Counted from the first letter of the stretch, positions 38,118 through 51,336 are shown. The stretch is DNA of 64,000 nt from Eledone cirrhosa (GCA_964016885.1 OZ024740.1:364374001-364438000), one strand, 5' to 3'. The notes: generated from the sequence alone by a model not told the origin. Numbers and translations: made by a program.

Positions 38118-38322
38118 TAATAATTGTTTCTGATTTAGGCACAAGGCCAACAATTTTGGGGGAGGGGAAAGTCAAATAAATCAACCCCAGTGTTCCTGGT
38201 ACTTTATATTATTGACCCCCCCCCCCCCGTAAGTATGAACCAGCAAATCACCAGGATTTGAACCCCGAACGTAAAGGGCTGTAACAATATGCTGCAAAAC
38301 ATGTCTACCAACACTGCCTATC
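38118..38322 (-). mobile_element. Degenerate Meta-type SINE
   Basis: Reverse complement of the family tail and of the B box (GGATTTGAACCC). Confidence 0.65.
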
Positions 38323-38510
38323 ATTAAATTTAGTGAAATTGCTTAAGGAATCGGGACCCCTTAAACCCCTCCCACCAACCATTCTGCAGTAGAACACCAA
38401 TGACTACTCTTCCTCTTCCTGCTTTTATAATTGTCACTCTTTGTTTAAATGAATTATGTGAATTTTTAAATTTTGTGGAAACCCACACATGGTACAAGGA
38501 TTATGTTCAT

Positions 38511-39782
38511 TACTAGTACCCACAACACCTAGTCACCCTCTCACCCATCACTAGTACCCACAACACCTAATCACGCCCTCACCCATCGCTAGTACCCACA
38601 ACACCTAGTCACCCTCTCACCCATCACTAGTACCCACATCTAATCACCCTCTCACCCATCGCTAGTACCCACAACACCTAATCACGCCCTCACCCATCGC
38701 TAGTACCCACAACACCTAATCACGCCCTCACCCATCACTAGTACCCACAACACCTAGTCACCCTCTCACCCATCACTAGTACCCACAACACCTAGTCACC
38801 CCCTCACCCATCACTAGTACCCACATCTAATCACCCCTCACCCACCACTAGTACCCACAACACCTAATCACCCCCTCACCCATCACTAGTACCCACATCT
38901 AATCACCCTCTCACCCACCACTAGTACCCACAACACTTAATCACCCCCTCACCCATCACTAGTACCCACAACACCTAATCACCCCCTCACCCATCACTAG
39001 TACCCACATCTAATCACCCTCTTACCCATCACTAGTACCCACATCTAATCACCCTCTCACCCATCGCTAGTACCCACAACAACTAATCACCCTCTCACCC
39101 ACCATTAGTACCCACAACACCTAATCACCCTTACCCATCGCTAGTACCCACAACACCTAATCACCCTCTTACCCATCGCTAGTACCCACAACACCTAATC
39201 ACCCCCTCACCCATCGCTAGTACCCACAACACCTAATCACCCCCTCACCCATCGCTAGTACCCACAACACCTAATCACCCTCTCACCCACCATTAGTACC
39301 CACAACACCTAATCACCCTCTCACCCATCACTAGTACCCACAACACCTAATCACCCTTACCCATCACTAGTACCCACATCTAATCACCCTCTCACCCATC
39401 GCTAGTACCCACAACACCTAATCACCCTCTCACCCACCATTAGTACCCACAACACCTAATCACCCCCTCACCCATCACTAGTACCCACATCTAATCACCC
39501 TCTCACCCACCACTAGTACCCACAACACCTAATCACCCTCTCACCCACCACTAGTACCCACAACACCTAATCATCCTCTCACCCACCACTAGTACCCACA
39601 ACACCTAATCACCCCCTCACCCATCGCTAGTACCCACAACACCTAATCACCCTCTCACCCACCATTAGTACCCACAACACCTAATCACCCTCTCACCCAT
39701 CGCTAGTACCCACAACACCTAATCACCCTCTCACCCACCATTAGTACCCACAACACCTAATCACCCTCTCACCCATCGCTAT
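38511..39782. repeat. 38-bp minisatellite with 35-bp variants, about 34 units
   Basis: CTAGTACCCACAACACCTAATCACCCTCTCACCCATCA tandem; strong C/G strand skew. Confidence 0.95.
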
Positions 39783-39952
39783 TGTTCACAACTTCTACTC
39801 CACTTCCCTCCCATAATTTAAAGGTTCTTATATTAGATTATGATGGAACATTTCTTTTTTTTTATATATATATATATATAAAGGATTCTGGGTAGATAGG
39901 ACTCTTCAGTCTGAGCACATGGTGACTCCTTTAGTGCTGGAGCTATGATAAC

Positions 39953-40137
39953 TGTTTCTGTGTTAGGCACAAGGCCGGCAATTACCCAGTGCATTACTGG
40001 TACTTTATTTTATCGACCCCGTAAGGATGAAAGGCAAAATTAACCTTGGCGGGATTTGAACTCAGAATGGCAAGGGCCATAACTCTATACGTCAAAGCAT
40101 GGCGTCCGACCCTCTACCAATACTGCCAATCCACTGC
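39953..40137 (-). mobile_element. Meta-type SINE (short variant) with TSD
   Basis: Flanked by GCTATGATAAC at 39942-39952 and 40138-40148. Confidence 0.85.
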
Positions 40138-41416
40138 GCTATGATAACATATACCCATTGCACTCTGTAAGGTAGTAAAGCTGGTGCTATGATAAAATGC
40201 TCCTAGTAAATTTTTGTAAAGAGGATGTGTTAGTGCCATGATAAAATGTACCCAGTATAGCCTGAAAAGTGGTTGGCATTAGGAAGGGCACCTAGCTGTA
40301 GAAACAATGCTACAATATGCAATGCATGTGCAAAAAGTAATTCTTGGACCATAACAATACGGAAAGCAGATGTAACATGATGATGATGATAATGATAATA
40401 AACACTTTAAAAAATTGGTATGAAAACCATTAAAAAATAATAATAATGTGTTGCCCTGAAAAATGTTGTAATCTACTGTGTGTTTCTCAGTGTGGCAACC
40501 CAGGACCTCAAATGGATGAATGGTAAAGTTAATACTGGTCGAATTTGAACACAGATGATATATATATATATATTAGAGAGAGAATGAGGGAGTGAGAGTG
40601 TGTGTAAACCATCTTGTGTTCACTTTACTTGAGTCACCTCTGCTGCTCTATCAATGCTTTATATATGAAAAGCTGTGATATTGTAAGTAAGTTATTGATT
40701 TATCACAAGGGAGGCTGTTGGCATCAACTGATGCCTGACGTTTGCAGATTACAGGAGACACAGTAGCAGAGTTGTTTGGCAACAGGGAATGAGGAGTTGA
40801 TTGTAGTGTAAGGAGGTATTGGTGGATTATTCTAGTGGTAAGCCTTGTGTAGTAGAGAGGGTAGGATTTACTTCACAGTTACCAACTGACAAAGGACATG
40901 ACTATTGGCTAATTTAAGGGTTGTCATTTCAAATAGTATATTTTATGTTTTGGGCAATGTACTCTGATAGTGGTAGTAGTGGCGATGGTGGTGACAATGG
41001 TAATGGTGGTTCCGATTTAGGCAAAAAGCCAGCAACTCTTTTTAGGTGTGTGAGTGTGAGGTGATTACAGTGTCCCCAGTATATAACTGAAACTTTATTT
41101 CATTGCTTGAAAGGATCCCAGTTAAAGTTGAACATGGCAGGATTTGAACTCAGAGCAAAAATAGAGCCAGAATAAATACATTGAAGCATTTTTGTCTGAT
41201 GCTGTAATGATTCTCCCCCCCCCCCCCCCATACACACACTTATAAACAAAACAAAGATGTTTTTAAAAAATCAAATGTTCCGAAGGAAGAGAGTAAATTA
41301 GAAAATCCCTTATTGGTTTTTGAAATTGTTGCCCATGACCCATTAGTGAATTACAGAATATATATGAGTTGTGGCATTTTAAGAAAATAAATCTAGAAAG
41401 ATGAGCAAAAATTCTC

Positions 41417-42070
41417 ATCATTATCATCGTCATTGTTTTTATGTCTGTTTTTCCACGCTTGCATGGATTGGATGAGTCCTTTCCAGCACACCATCTCTCC
41501 ACTTGCCACGTTTCTTTGTCATCTTCTCTGTCAGTCTCAGTAATTTGAGGTCTGCTCTCACCACCTCTGCCCAGGTTTTCTTGGTCTACCTCTTTGGTGA
41601 CTTCTATCCATTGGCATTTCCTGGCACCTCTTCACTCACTGATCATCATCCATGCGCATCACATGTCCATATGAACGCAGTTTTCTCTCCTGCACACCAC
41701 CTTGCATTCCTCTTAAACCCACCTTCTCCCTCAGTTCATCCAAGCTCTTCCTTTCTCTCACATTTACATGGCTGCTTCATTTCTCTCCAGTCTACGCATG
41801 TCTTCTGCAGTCACTGCCCATGTTTCACTACCATGCAGCATCACACTTCGCACACAGGTGTCACACAATTGTCCTTTTGTACATAGGGAGAAACCTTTTG
41901 TTGTCAACAGTGGGAGTAGCTATCTAAACTTCTTCCATCCTATCCTTAGTCTAACTATGATGCTCTCAGAGCACCCTCCTTCACTACTGATTAAATCACC
42001 TAGATAGCAGAAGCTGTCAACCATTTCTATGGGTCCTTTCTGTGACTTGAAGAGGTTTATATCATTGTTG
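41417..42070 (-). pseudogene. Older decayed RTE 3' fragment (family B-like)
   Basis: Reverse complement encodes remnants VDSFCYLGD, GWKKFR, MLHGSETW and YGHVMRM; GAT-type tail. Confidence 0.75.
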
Positions 42071-42629
42071 TTAAATCTACAAAAATATTAAGCCTTATCC
42101 TTTTGATATCTGTGCAAAAATGATTCTGGTTCTGTATTAGAAAACTGTTTTAAAAGTAAGCACATCTGTTTAGAAAAATATGGTGAGTGAAATTTGAAAA
42201 CTGAATTAGCTTTTGCTGTACTTTTTAACTTAAGCAAATGGGGCGTGGGTTCAAGTCCCATGTGTGGTGATGCCCATTTTTTTCGTTCTAGGTGGGGGGG
42301 GGGATTATATTCCTTGTTATGAGATTGATTTCTGTAGTTAAATGTACAAATGGTAAAAGCTTCTAATTCAATTTTCAAATTATTTCAAAAGTGTTTATAT
42401 CTATCTAAAAACCTCCCATCATAATTTTCTGTAAGAACCATTGTTAACTATTATTTTAACATCCTGTAACACATGAGACCACATTAGCAAGGTATTCTCC
42501 AAAAGTACAAATATATGCATCACATTAATAAGTCTTTCTTTCATATCACAAATTTTGTATGTTACTTTCAAAAGCAAGCTGTTCCATAGATGGAAATCCA
42601 ATAATGTATGTATATGTATGTGTATATAT

Positions 42630-42850
42630 ATCATCATCATCACTGTTTAATGGCCATTTTTCTATGCTAGCATGGGTTAGATGAGTTGTCCTGTTGTGAG
42701 CAATGCGAGGTCAGGTGACTCTGACTTGCTCATTCAGAACTGATTTTGGATTGGTTTCTACAGCTGGATGTCCTTCCTAATGCCAACCATATTTACAGTG
42801 AGTACTGGGTGCTTTTTGTCATGACACCTACATGACCACTTTACAGTGTA
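42630..42850 (-). mobile_element. Degenerate RTE-A 3'UTR fragment
   Basis: Similar to 16050-16270; TA runs on both sides. Confidence 0.7.
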
Positions 42851-43403
42851 TATATATAAACAACAGAAGGTTGGACTTGAAATGTTCTTTTAATGTTGCA
42901 AAAACACAATACGTATTTCTATGATGTAAGACTTTGGTGACGCCATCAGAGGATTATGGCAAACATAAACAGAGAATAGAGAGTAGAATTGATTCGGGGA
43001 TGGCCTGCCAATTCAGTGTTATTGCTGTGGTGAATCATTTCTGTATTGTGTTTTCGCAACATTAAAAGAATATTTTGAGTCCAGCCTTCAGTTATTTTAA
43101 AATAAATATTTAACTCTGCTCTTCCACCAGTCACAGAGAACCACATCTACAATGGATGATTTGCATAACGTTGAGTGCTTAAACTTATTACATCAAGTTT
43201 TGCTAACCAGAATCACGAGTCTGCCCATTGGTAAACCACACAACATAAATGATACACACACACACACACGCATGCACGCACACAGACACATACATCTCCT
43301 GTAATATATATATATGTGTATATGTATATATATATTTATTATTAGTACAGATTAAAATACTCTTTGGATTTGATTTTGGTGTTTGTATTTCTTATTACTA
43401 TAA

Positions 43404-43446
<43 letters not shown>

Positions 43447-43588
43447 GCAGTTGTATTTAATTTGTTGGAATTCCGACAAACATAAATGTTTATAACTGAT
43501 ATAGAGCACTCAATACTATCCAGCGAATTTTCGGACCGTTACGGTGTGATTTCCATGGGTATGTCATTATTTATAAAACAAATTTTGT

Positions 43589-43651
43589 ATTTTATCTGAT
43601 GAAAGCGCACCAAGGTTTGCTTGGTCGCCCTTGAAATATATATAATAAAAT
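43589..43651 (+). ncRNA. Type I minimal hammerhead ribozyme motif (Penelope-like)
   Basis: Stem I ATTTTAT/ATAAAAT; CTGATGA at 43596-602; stem II AAG..ACCAAG-GTTTG-CTTGGT..CTT; GAAA at 43633-36; stem III T-ATAT-A; predicted cleavage after TA at 43644; distal pairing ATTTATAAAAC/GTTTTATAAAT. Confidence 0.75.
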
Positions 43652-43705
43652 AAATATGGTTTTATAAATATAGTTTCCATTTATTATTATCTTGGTATAT
43701 ATATA

Positions 43706-45124
43706 TAAAACTGATGGATCAGGTTATGAAAGTAGCAGAAAGGATATTAGCACAACTAATTAGAGAAAGGGTCAAACTAGATGAGATGCAGTTTGGTTTT
43801 GTGCCTGGGAAGAGTACAACAGATGCCCTCTTCTTGGTGAGACAATTGCAAGAGAGGTTCTTAGAGAAAAATAAGCCACTATACTTAGCTTTTGTTGACC
43901 TAGAGAAGGCCTTTGATAAGGTACCCCGATCTGTCATCTGGTGGTCCCTAAGGAAGCTAGGTGTTGAGGAATGGCTTATGAGGACAGTGCAAACTTTGTA
44001 CAGAGGTACTCTGAGTAAAGTCAGGGTAGGAATGGAGTTTAGTGAGGAATTCCAGATACAAGTAGGAGTACATCAAGGTTCGGTCCTCAGCCCGCTCTTG
44101 TTCATTATAGTCCTCCAAGCCATAACAGAGGAGTTTAAGACTGGCTGTCCATGGGAACTTCTCTATGCTGACGATCTGGTTCTTATAGCAGAATCAGTAG
44201 AGTAGCTATGGAAACAGCAGTTGGAAGCAAGAGGACTGAGAGTGAACCTAGCCAAGACAAAGGTGTTGATGAGTAGAAAAGAGGACAAAACCCTGATTCC
44301 GTCAGGGAAATGGCCATGTTCGATATGCAGAAAAGGAGCTGGCATAAATTCTATAAAATGCACACAATGCAGATCCAGGGTACACAAGAGATGTAGCGGG
44401 ATAGCAGGCAAACTAACAGGTAGGGAGAAATATGTATGCAGTAGATGTACAGGGAAATTAGACAGTAGAAGTCGCACTGATAGACACATTTTTCAGATGC
44501 AGGAGGGCACTATAGAAGTGGTGGATAGCTTCCGGTACCTAGGAGATCAGATTAGCATGGGAGGAGGGTGTTCCGAGGCCATAGTATCTAGAATAAGGAC
44601 GGGTTGGAAGAAGTTTAGGGAGCTGCTTCCTCTGTTGACGAACAAGGGTTTCTCCCTGCGTACGAAAGGCCGGTTGTATGATGCCTGTGTGAGGAGCGCG
44701 ATGCTGCATGGTAGTGAGACATGGGCACCAACTTCAGAGGATATGCGACGGCTGGAGAGGAATGAGGCAAGCATGCTCCGTTGGATGTGCAGTGTAAATG
44801 TGCGTGAACGACCCAGCATAAATGTGTTGAGAGAGAAACTGTGTATGAGAGGGATAGAATGTAGTGTACGGGAGAAGAGACTGAGGTGGTATGGACATGT
44901 GATGCGCATGGAGGATGACCGATGGGTGAAGAAGTGCCAGGAAATGCCAGTTGAAGGAAGACGTGGTAGAGGTAGACCACGAAAAACATGGGTGGAGGTG
45001 GTGAGAACAGACCTCAGATCATTGAAGCTCACGGTGGAGATGACGAAGGACCGTGACGAGTGGAGAGATGCTGTGCTGAATAAGACCCGTCCCACCCTTG
45101 CAAGCAGGGTAAAGCGGACGTAAA

Positions 45125-45156
<32 letters not shown>

Positions 45157-45184
45157 GGTGGTGGTGGTGATGATGATGACGATG
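43706..45184 (+). mobile_element. 5'-truncated RTE LINE, family B (RT + PHD-like finger, one premature stop)
   Basis: ORFs 43714..44205 (FVDLEKAFD, GVHQGSVLSP, LYADD) and 44221..45123; stop codon abuts the (GAT/GGT)n tail; starts after a TA run. Confidence 0.92.
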
Positions 45185-45219
<35 letters not shown>

Positions 45220-45489
45220 GTGTGTGCGTGTGTGCAAGTCACTGTGAATATCCTATCAACATCATTTATGAAGCCTGTAGTGACATTTGTTTATGTCTCC
45301 CATAGAAAATACCCCCTGGCAGCATAGTGGGTCACCGAATGTTAGTAGCTTATACCATACCTAGGATAAGTTAAGGGTGGCATCAGGAAGGGTGGCATCT
45401 GAACATGAAAAAGGTTGCCAGAAAATATTGCAGCCCATTCATGCAAGCATTGAAAAATAGATGTAAAACAATGATGATAATAATGGTAA

Positions 45490-45986
45490 CTGAGTGTGAT
45501 GAGGACTACGAGGAGTGTGGTGGTGATGGTGGTGAGGACTATGAGTGTGGTGGTGATGGTGGTGAGGACTATGAGTGTGGTGGTGATGGTGGTGAGGACT
45601 ATGAGTGTGGTGGTGATGGTGGTGAGGACTACGAGTGTGGTGGTGATGGTGGTGAGGACTATGAGTGTGGTGGTGATGGTGGTGAGGACTACGAGTGTGG
45701 TGGTGATGGTGGTGAGGACTACGAGTGGTGGTGATGGTGGTGAGGACTACGAGTGTGGTGGTGATGGTGGTGAGGACTATGGACATGGTGATGATGATGA
45801 TGATGGTAACCAACCACCAACATAGTTGCAAAAATAAAATGCTATATTCTAGTACTCAATGGAACCCAGTTTTAGTTTATATATATATATATAGTGTGTG
45901 TGTATATATATATGAGTGTGTGTATATATGTATGTATATATGAGTGTGTGTATATATGTATGTATATATGTGTGTGTGTGTATATG

Positions 45987-46025
<39 letters not shown>

Positions 46026-46122
46026 CCACACACACACACTATATATATATATATATAAATATAAAGTGTGTGTGTGTATATATATATATGTATGTATATA
46101 TATGAGTGTGTATATATGTATG

Positions 46123-46168
<46 letters not shown>

Positions 46169-46490
46169 CACACACTATATATATATATATAAACTAAAAC
46201 TGGGTTCCATTGAGTACTAGAATATAGCATTTTATTTTTGCAACTATGTTGGTGGTTGGTTACCATCATCATCACCATGTCCATAGTCCTCACCACCATC
46301 ACCACCACACTCGTAGTCCTCACCACCATCACCACCACTCGTAGTCCTCACCACCACACTCGTAGTCCTCACCACCATCACCACCACACTCATAGTCCTC
46401 ACCACCACACTCATAGTCCTCACCACCATCACCACCACACTCGTAGTCCTCACCACCATCACCACCACACTCATAGTCCTCACCACCATC
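45490..46490. repeat. ~1-kb foldback: inverted arms of 27-bp minisatellite plus unique segment around a microsatellite core
   Basis: GAGTGTGGTGGTGATGGTGGTGAGGACTAY array plus 45781-45900 are mirrored at about 46170-46490. Confidence 0.92.
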
Positions 46491-46585
46491 GGGTCATACA
46501 GTTTCCTATTACCCACTCTACTACCCTAAGTATTGTGTACTCTGGTGCGTTACGGTCCATCTGGTTCCTTACCACAACTCCTTCG

Positions 46586-46631
<46 letters not shown>

Positions 46632-46715
46632 TATTAAGTTAGAAACTCAAAATAGTCTTTTACAATTAAATTGCTCAAGGAAGGGAATCTTTCCGGACCG
46701 TGTAATACAAATGAG

Positions 46716-46769
46716 TATATGAGAGGGATGAACACCGACACACATGTATACTTGTATCGGTGTTCATCC

Positions 46770-46779
<10 letters not shown>
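46716..46779. repeat. Short near-perfect hairpin (23-bp perfect arms)
   Basis: TATATGAGAGGGATGAACACCGA / TCGGTGTTCATCCCTCTCATATA. Confidence 0.9.
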
Positions 46780-46826
<47 letters not shown>

Positions 46827-46910
46827 ATATATGTGTGTGTGTCTGTGTATATGTATCATTATCTTCGTTTTATGTCCATTTTCCATGCTAGAATGGGTAG
46901 GATATAAATA

Positions 46911-46965
<55 letters not shown>

Positions 46966-47503
46966 GTGTGTGTGTGTGGGTATGCACACGCATGTATATA
47001 TGTATAAATATGTAGCAACAGCAACATGAGTTATCTAAGTTGTACTGATTATTGTCATTGATCACAATTTCAAGCCATAGTAATCTCTCTTTCTCTAAAC
47101 CCCCCCCCCCCCCACCACCACCACCACCACCTCTCTGTGTGCATCCACCCTCTTTCTCTCTCAATAAGTTGTAACCATTAATAGAAGAGACATCTTTTTT
47201 TAACCAAAGAGCATTAAGTACATTGACAATTCAATTTATAAGAGGGCCTCATTTAAATGATAATACACACCTAATTACAGATTTTAGCAGAGCCATATTC
47301 CTTCTAGTAAACATTTTTTTTCAATGTTAATAATTATTAATGATCTGTCAAAACTGGAATTGGTCCCCGCCTTCGTATCTGACTTTTCACTTGAATTCCA
47401 AAAAAGCAAAAGAAAAACGTTCCATAAGTTGAAAAATTGGAAAAGGTGAAATTTTGTATTAAGAAATAAAAAAAAAAAGAAGAATCTTAATTTGTTCATT
47501 GGC

Positions 47504-47554
<51 letters not shown>

Positions 47555-47647
47555 ATTAGATTATTAAAGGTTTAAAAGTCATCTAATAAGTATACATATA
47601 TGTATGTGTGTGTATATACACATACACGTATGTATATATATGATAAA

Positions 47648-47694
<47 letters not shown>

Positions 47695-48627
47695 GTGTTG
47701 AAATAATTTTATATAGGTTTATTTTAGCATTCAGAAATAACTATAAAAAAAGGAAAAGATGTGACATGTTTGGTTTGAAAGTATTCTTCTCATTAGAGTT
47801 GTTTATAGAAGTGCTTTACTCTTTTACTTGTTCCAACCCACTGGCTGAGGACATGTTGGGGGCATTCCCACTAGCGTTGGGTAAAATGTTTTGATCTATT
47901 TGAAACATGGCTAGGAAGAGAAAATATTTCTGTTTGAATCTATTACTAATATATTCGCTGTCCTTTTTACAACTGTTATTTTAATTCCAAAGAGTGTTAG
48001 GAATTCATTGCAGTATTATTTATTGATTGTCTATATACACATCATCGCCATCACCATATTGGAGTTTTCGATGCAAGTATGGATTGGACAGGTCGTCACA
48101 GTTCAAACAACTCACTTCTAAGTTCCATTTTGGTTTGGTTTCTCTGGCTGGATGCCTTTCCTACAATGTATCACTTTTCAGTGCATACCAGGTGCATTTT
48201 TATTATAGACCCAACACAAGCATTCCAAGGATGGACTCTTTTTGGTTCATAGAACTAAATATGTTCCAGAACGTTTTCTAATGTATCCTTACTCTGGTAA
48301 CTCTGCTTTCAAAACACCTACCTTCATAACTAATTATGTCAACTAAGTACAAGAGCTATCAACTACTTCTAGGGAGTATTCTGAGCATCTAAAGGAATAT
48401 ATTTCACATGTATTCCTCATGCTATTTATTCCTGTTAATTTGCCATATATGTGGTCTTAACATCTGTCAACCTGCCTGTGGTCCCACTACATTGCTTCTG
48501 CTGCCATAGTTTACACTGGGAACACTATGGAATTTCTACTGTTTCTTTTGCTGTATATTGAGCATAGTTATTTCCTTGACAGGAGTAGTCTTGTTTTCTT
48601 TCCTACTTAGTAAATATTTAGTCTTTC

Positions 48628-48746
48628 TTAATCCTTTAGCATTTACATTACTCTATATTTACTATTGTATTTTCATGGCCAGCTTGAACAGAAAGAGGTG
48701 GAAAAATTCTGGCTGGATATGGCTGGCATAAATGCAGAAGGGTTAG
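48628..48746 (+). mobile_element. Internally deleted piggyBac-type MITE family 1
   Basis: Both degenerate termini present; the middle ~100 bp is missing. Confidence 0.65.
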
Positions 48747-49007
48747 ATTTATTTTGAGGCTTCTCAACTCTACATTTTGCTTCCATGTTTGGAAATTATT
48801 CTCTAAATCTACTTTAAATTTGGCTATAAGAACTAGATTATCTGCATCCAGGATTTCCCGTGAAAAGCCAGTCTTATGTTTCTGTGCCTCTGGACATGAC
48901 TTGTACTCTCATAAGCCATTCATTGACCCTTAGTTTCTATAGCAATCACCAGACTACAGAGTCAAAGGCCTTCTCTTAGTCGATGAATACTAAGTATAAG
49001 AGCTTAC

Positions 49008-49223
49008 TTAACCCTTTAGTATTTAAACTGGCAATATCCGGCCAGAATTCTCTCACCTCTTTCTTTTCAAACCGGTTGTAACTGGCTGCTCATACTTATG
49101 TTAAGGTATTGTTCTCAAAATAAATGGTATAAAAATCTTGTAGATTTGATATTATGTGAGATAAAGCATTTACCATGAAAATACAATAGTAAATATAGAG
49201 TAATGTAAATGCTAAAGGGTTAA
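49008..49223 (-). mobile_element. piggyBac-type MITE family 1 inserted in an old RTE RT fragment
   Basis: TTAA-CCCTTTAG ... CTAAAGGG-TTAA; minus-strand flanks read LVRQLQKK on one side and LYLVFID.EKAFD on the other. Confidence 0.82.
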
Positions 49224-49611
49224 AACTAAATCCTTTTTCTGCAGTTGTCTCACTAGAAATGAGCTACTTTTGCTAATTCTGTTACTAATTAATTATATAT
49301 ATAACACATTAATACACTTAATGTGTGTGCACTAAATATTTAGATTGTTCAATGCAAGACTGAAATTTTAGATGTCCAGTTTTATCAAATAGACCATGTC
49401 ATCATTGACACCATTTAATCTTAAAGAATGACATTAATCAAATTTGTGTGTGTGCGCGCACGAGAGTGTGTCAAATTTTAATAATTTTTATAATTTTCAC
49501 GTCTTTTTCCTTAGATATTTTATTTTGTTCTATTTGTGTTTTCTTGTCGATTGTGAGTCTTCTAATGTGAAAAAATATTTTAAAATTTCATCTATTTGGT
49601 AATGGAAGAGA

Positions 49612-50720
49612 ACTTGTGTGTGTGTAAGAGAGAGAGAGAGAGAGAGTTTGGACAAATGTGTGTGTGTGTAAGAGAGAGAGAGAGAGAGAGTTTGGACAAA
49701 TGTGTGTGTGTGAAATAGAGAGAAAGAGAGAGAGTTTGGACAAATGTGTGTGTGTGAAATAGAGAGAAAGAGAGAGAGTTTGGACAAGTGTGTGTGTGTG
49801 AAATAGAGAGAAAGAGAGAGAGTTTGGACAAGTGTGTGTGTGTGAAATAGAGAGAAAGAGAGAGAGTTTGGACAAGTGTGTGTGTGTGAAATAGAGAGAA
49901 AGAGAGAGAGTTTGGACAAGTGTGTGTGTGTGAAATAGAGAGAAAGAGAGAGAGTTTGGACAAGTGTGTGTGTGTGTGAAATAGAGAGAAAGAGAGAGAG
50001 TTTGGACAAATGTGTGTGTGTGAAATAGAGAGAAAGAGAGAGAGTTTGGACAAGTGTGTGTGTGTGAAATAGAGAGAAAGAGAGAGAGTTTGGACAAATG
50101 TGTGTGTGTGAAATAGAGAGAAAGAGAGAGAGTTTGGACAAGTGTGTGTGTGTGAAATAGAGAGAAAGAGAGAGAGTTTGGACAAATGTGTGTGTGTGAA
50201 ATAGAGAGAAAGAGAGAGAGAGTTTGGACAAATGTGTGTGTGTGAAATAGAGAGAAAGAGAGAGAGTTTGGACAAGTGTGTGTGTGTGAAATAGAGAGAA
50301 AGAGAGAGAGTTTGGACAAATGTGTGTGTGTGAAATAGAGAGAAAGAGAGAGAGTTTGGACAAATGTGTGTGTGTGAAATAGAGAGAAAGAGAGAGAGTT
50401 TGGACAAATGTGTGTGTGTGAAATAGAGAGAAAGAGAGAGAGTTTGGACAAGTGTGTGTGTGTGAAATAGAGAGAAAGAGAGAGAGTTTGGACAAGTGTG
50501 TGTGTGTGAAATAGAGAGAAAGAGAGAGTTTGGACAAGTGTGTGTGTGTGAAATAGAGAGAAAGAGAGAGAGTTTGGACAAGTGTGTGTGTGTGAAATAG
50601 AGAGAAAGAGAGAGAGTTTGGGCAAGTGTGTGTGTGTGATAGAGAGTTTGGAGAAGTGTGTGTATGGGGGAGATAGAGAGAAAGAGAGAGTTTGGACAAG
50701 TGTGTGTGATAGAGAGAAAG
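49612..50720. repeat. ~44-bp minisatellite built from (GT)n and (GA)n blocks
   Basis: GTTTGGACAARTGTGTGTGTGTGAAATAGAGAGAAAGAGAGAGA tandem, more than 20 units. Confidence 0.95.
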
Positions 50721-51336
50721 AGCGAGAGTATGTTTGATTACAGAGTGGGACATTATTATGCTGGTTAACATTGTGTGTGTGAGAATGAGCAAAGGGAAGG
50801 TGTTTGATTATAAAGTGAGACGTGAGAGAGAGAGAGGGGCTGAGATGTTTAATTACAAAGTGAGAGAGGGAGAGAAGTGGTGTTTGATTACTAAGTGAGA
50901 GAGAAGGAGGGGGTGTTTGATTACACAGTGAGTTGTGATCATGTTGGTTAACCTGTGCCAAGATTCTATTGGTTGAATGTCTTTGCAGTGGTGGAGTTAC
51001 AATAGTTGTTTTTCTATTGTATCTTTTCACCCCCCCCCTCTCTCTGTGAGAGAGAGAGAGAGTGAGTGAGTCCATTGGTTCCTGATCTCCCAGGGATCTG
51101 TGTCTCGCTTATGTACAGTCTCATGTTCCACCGATTGCACAGATGTGGTTCTCATGTCTTTAATACAACTGAGTGTCCTCCCAACCCTTTGTTTGGCAAG
51201 ATTTCTATGCCTAGATGCCCTTCCTATCACCAAACACTTTACGTGTATTATAAACTAAATTACAATGCTGAAATTTAAAAATTAACATTGCATTTTGTGC
51301 TGAACTATTATTATTAACCAGTATGGTTAATAATAA

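Noticed and set aside
45405-45831. GGDGGEDYEC-repeat and His-rich ORFs resembling structural proteins
   Set aside because: A 27-bp minisatellite open in several frames on both strands and mirrored in a foldback; no splice or signal-peptide support.
49530-51075. 330-495 aa ORFs in all three minus frames
   Set aside because: Produced by the 44-bp minisatellite; open in every frame, so not evidence of coding.
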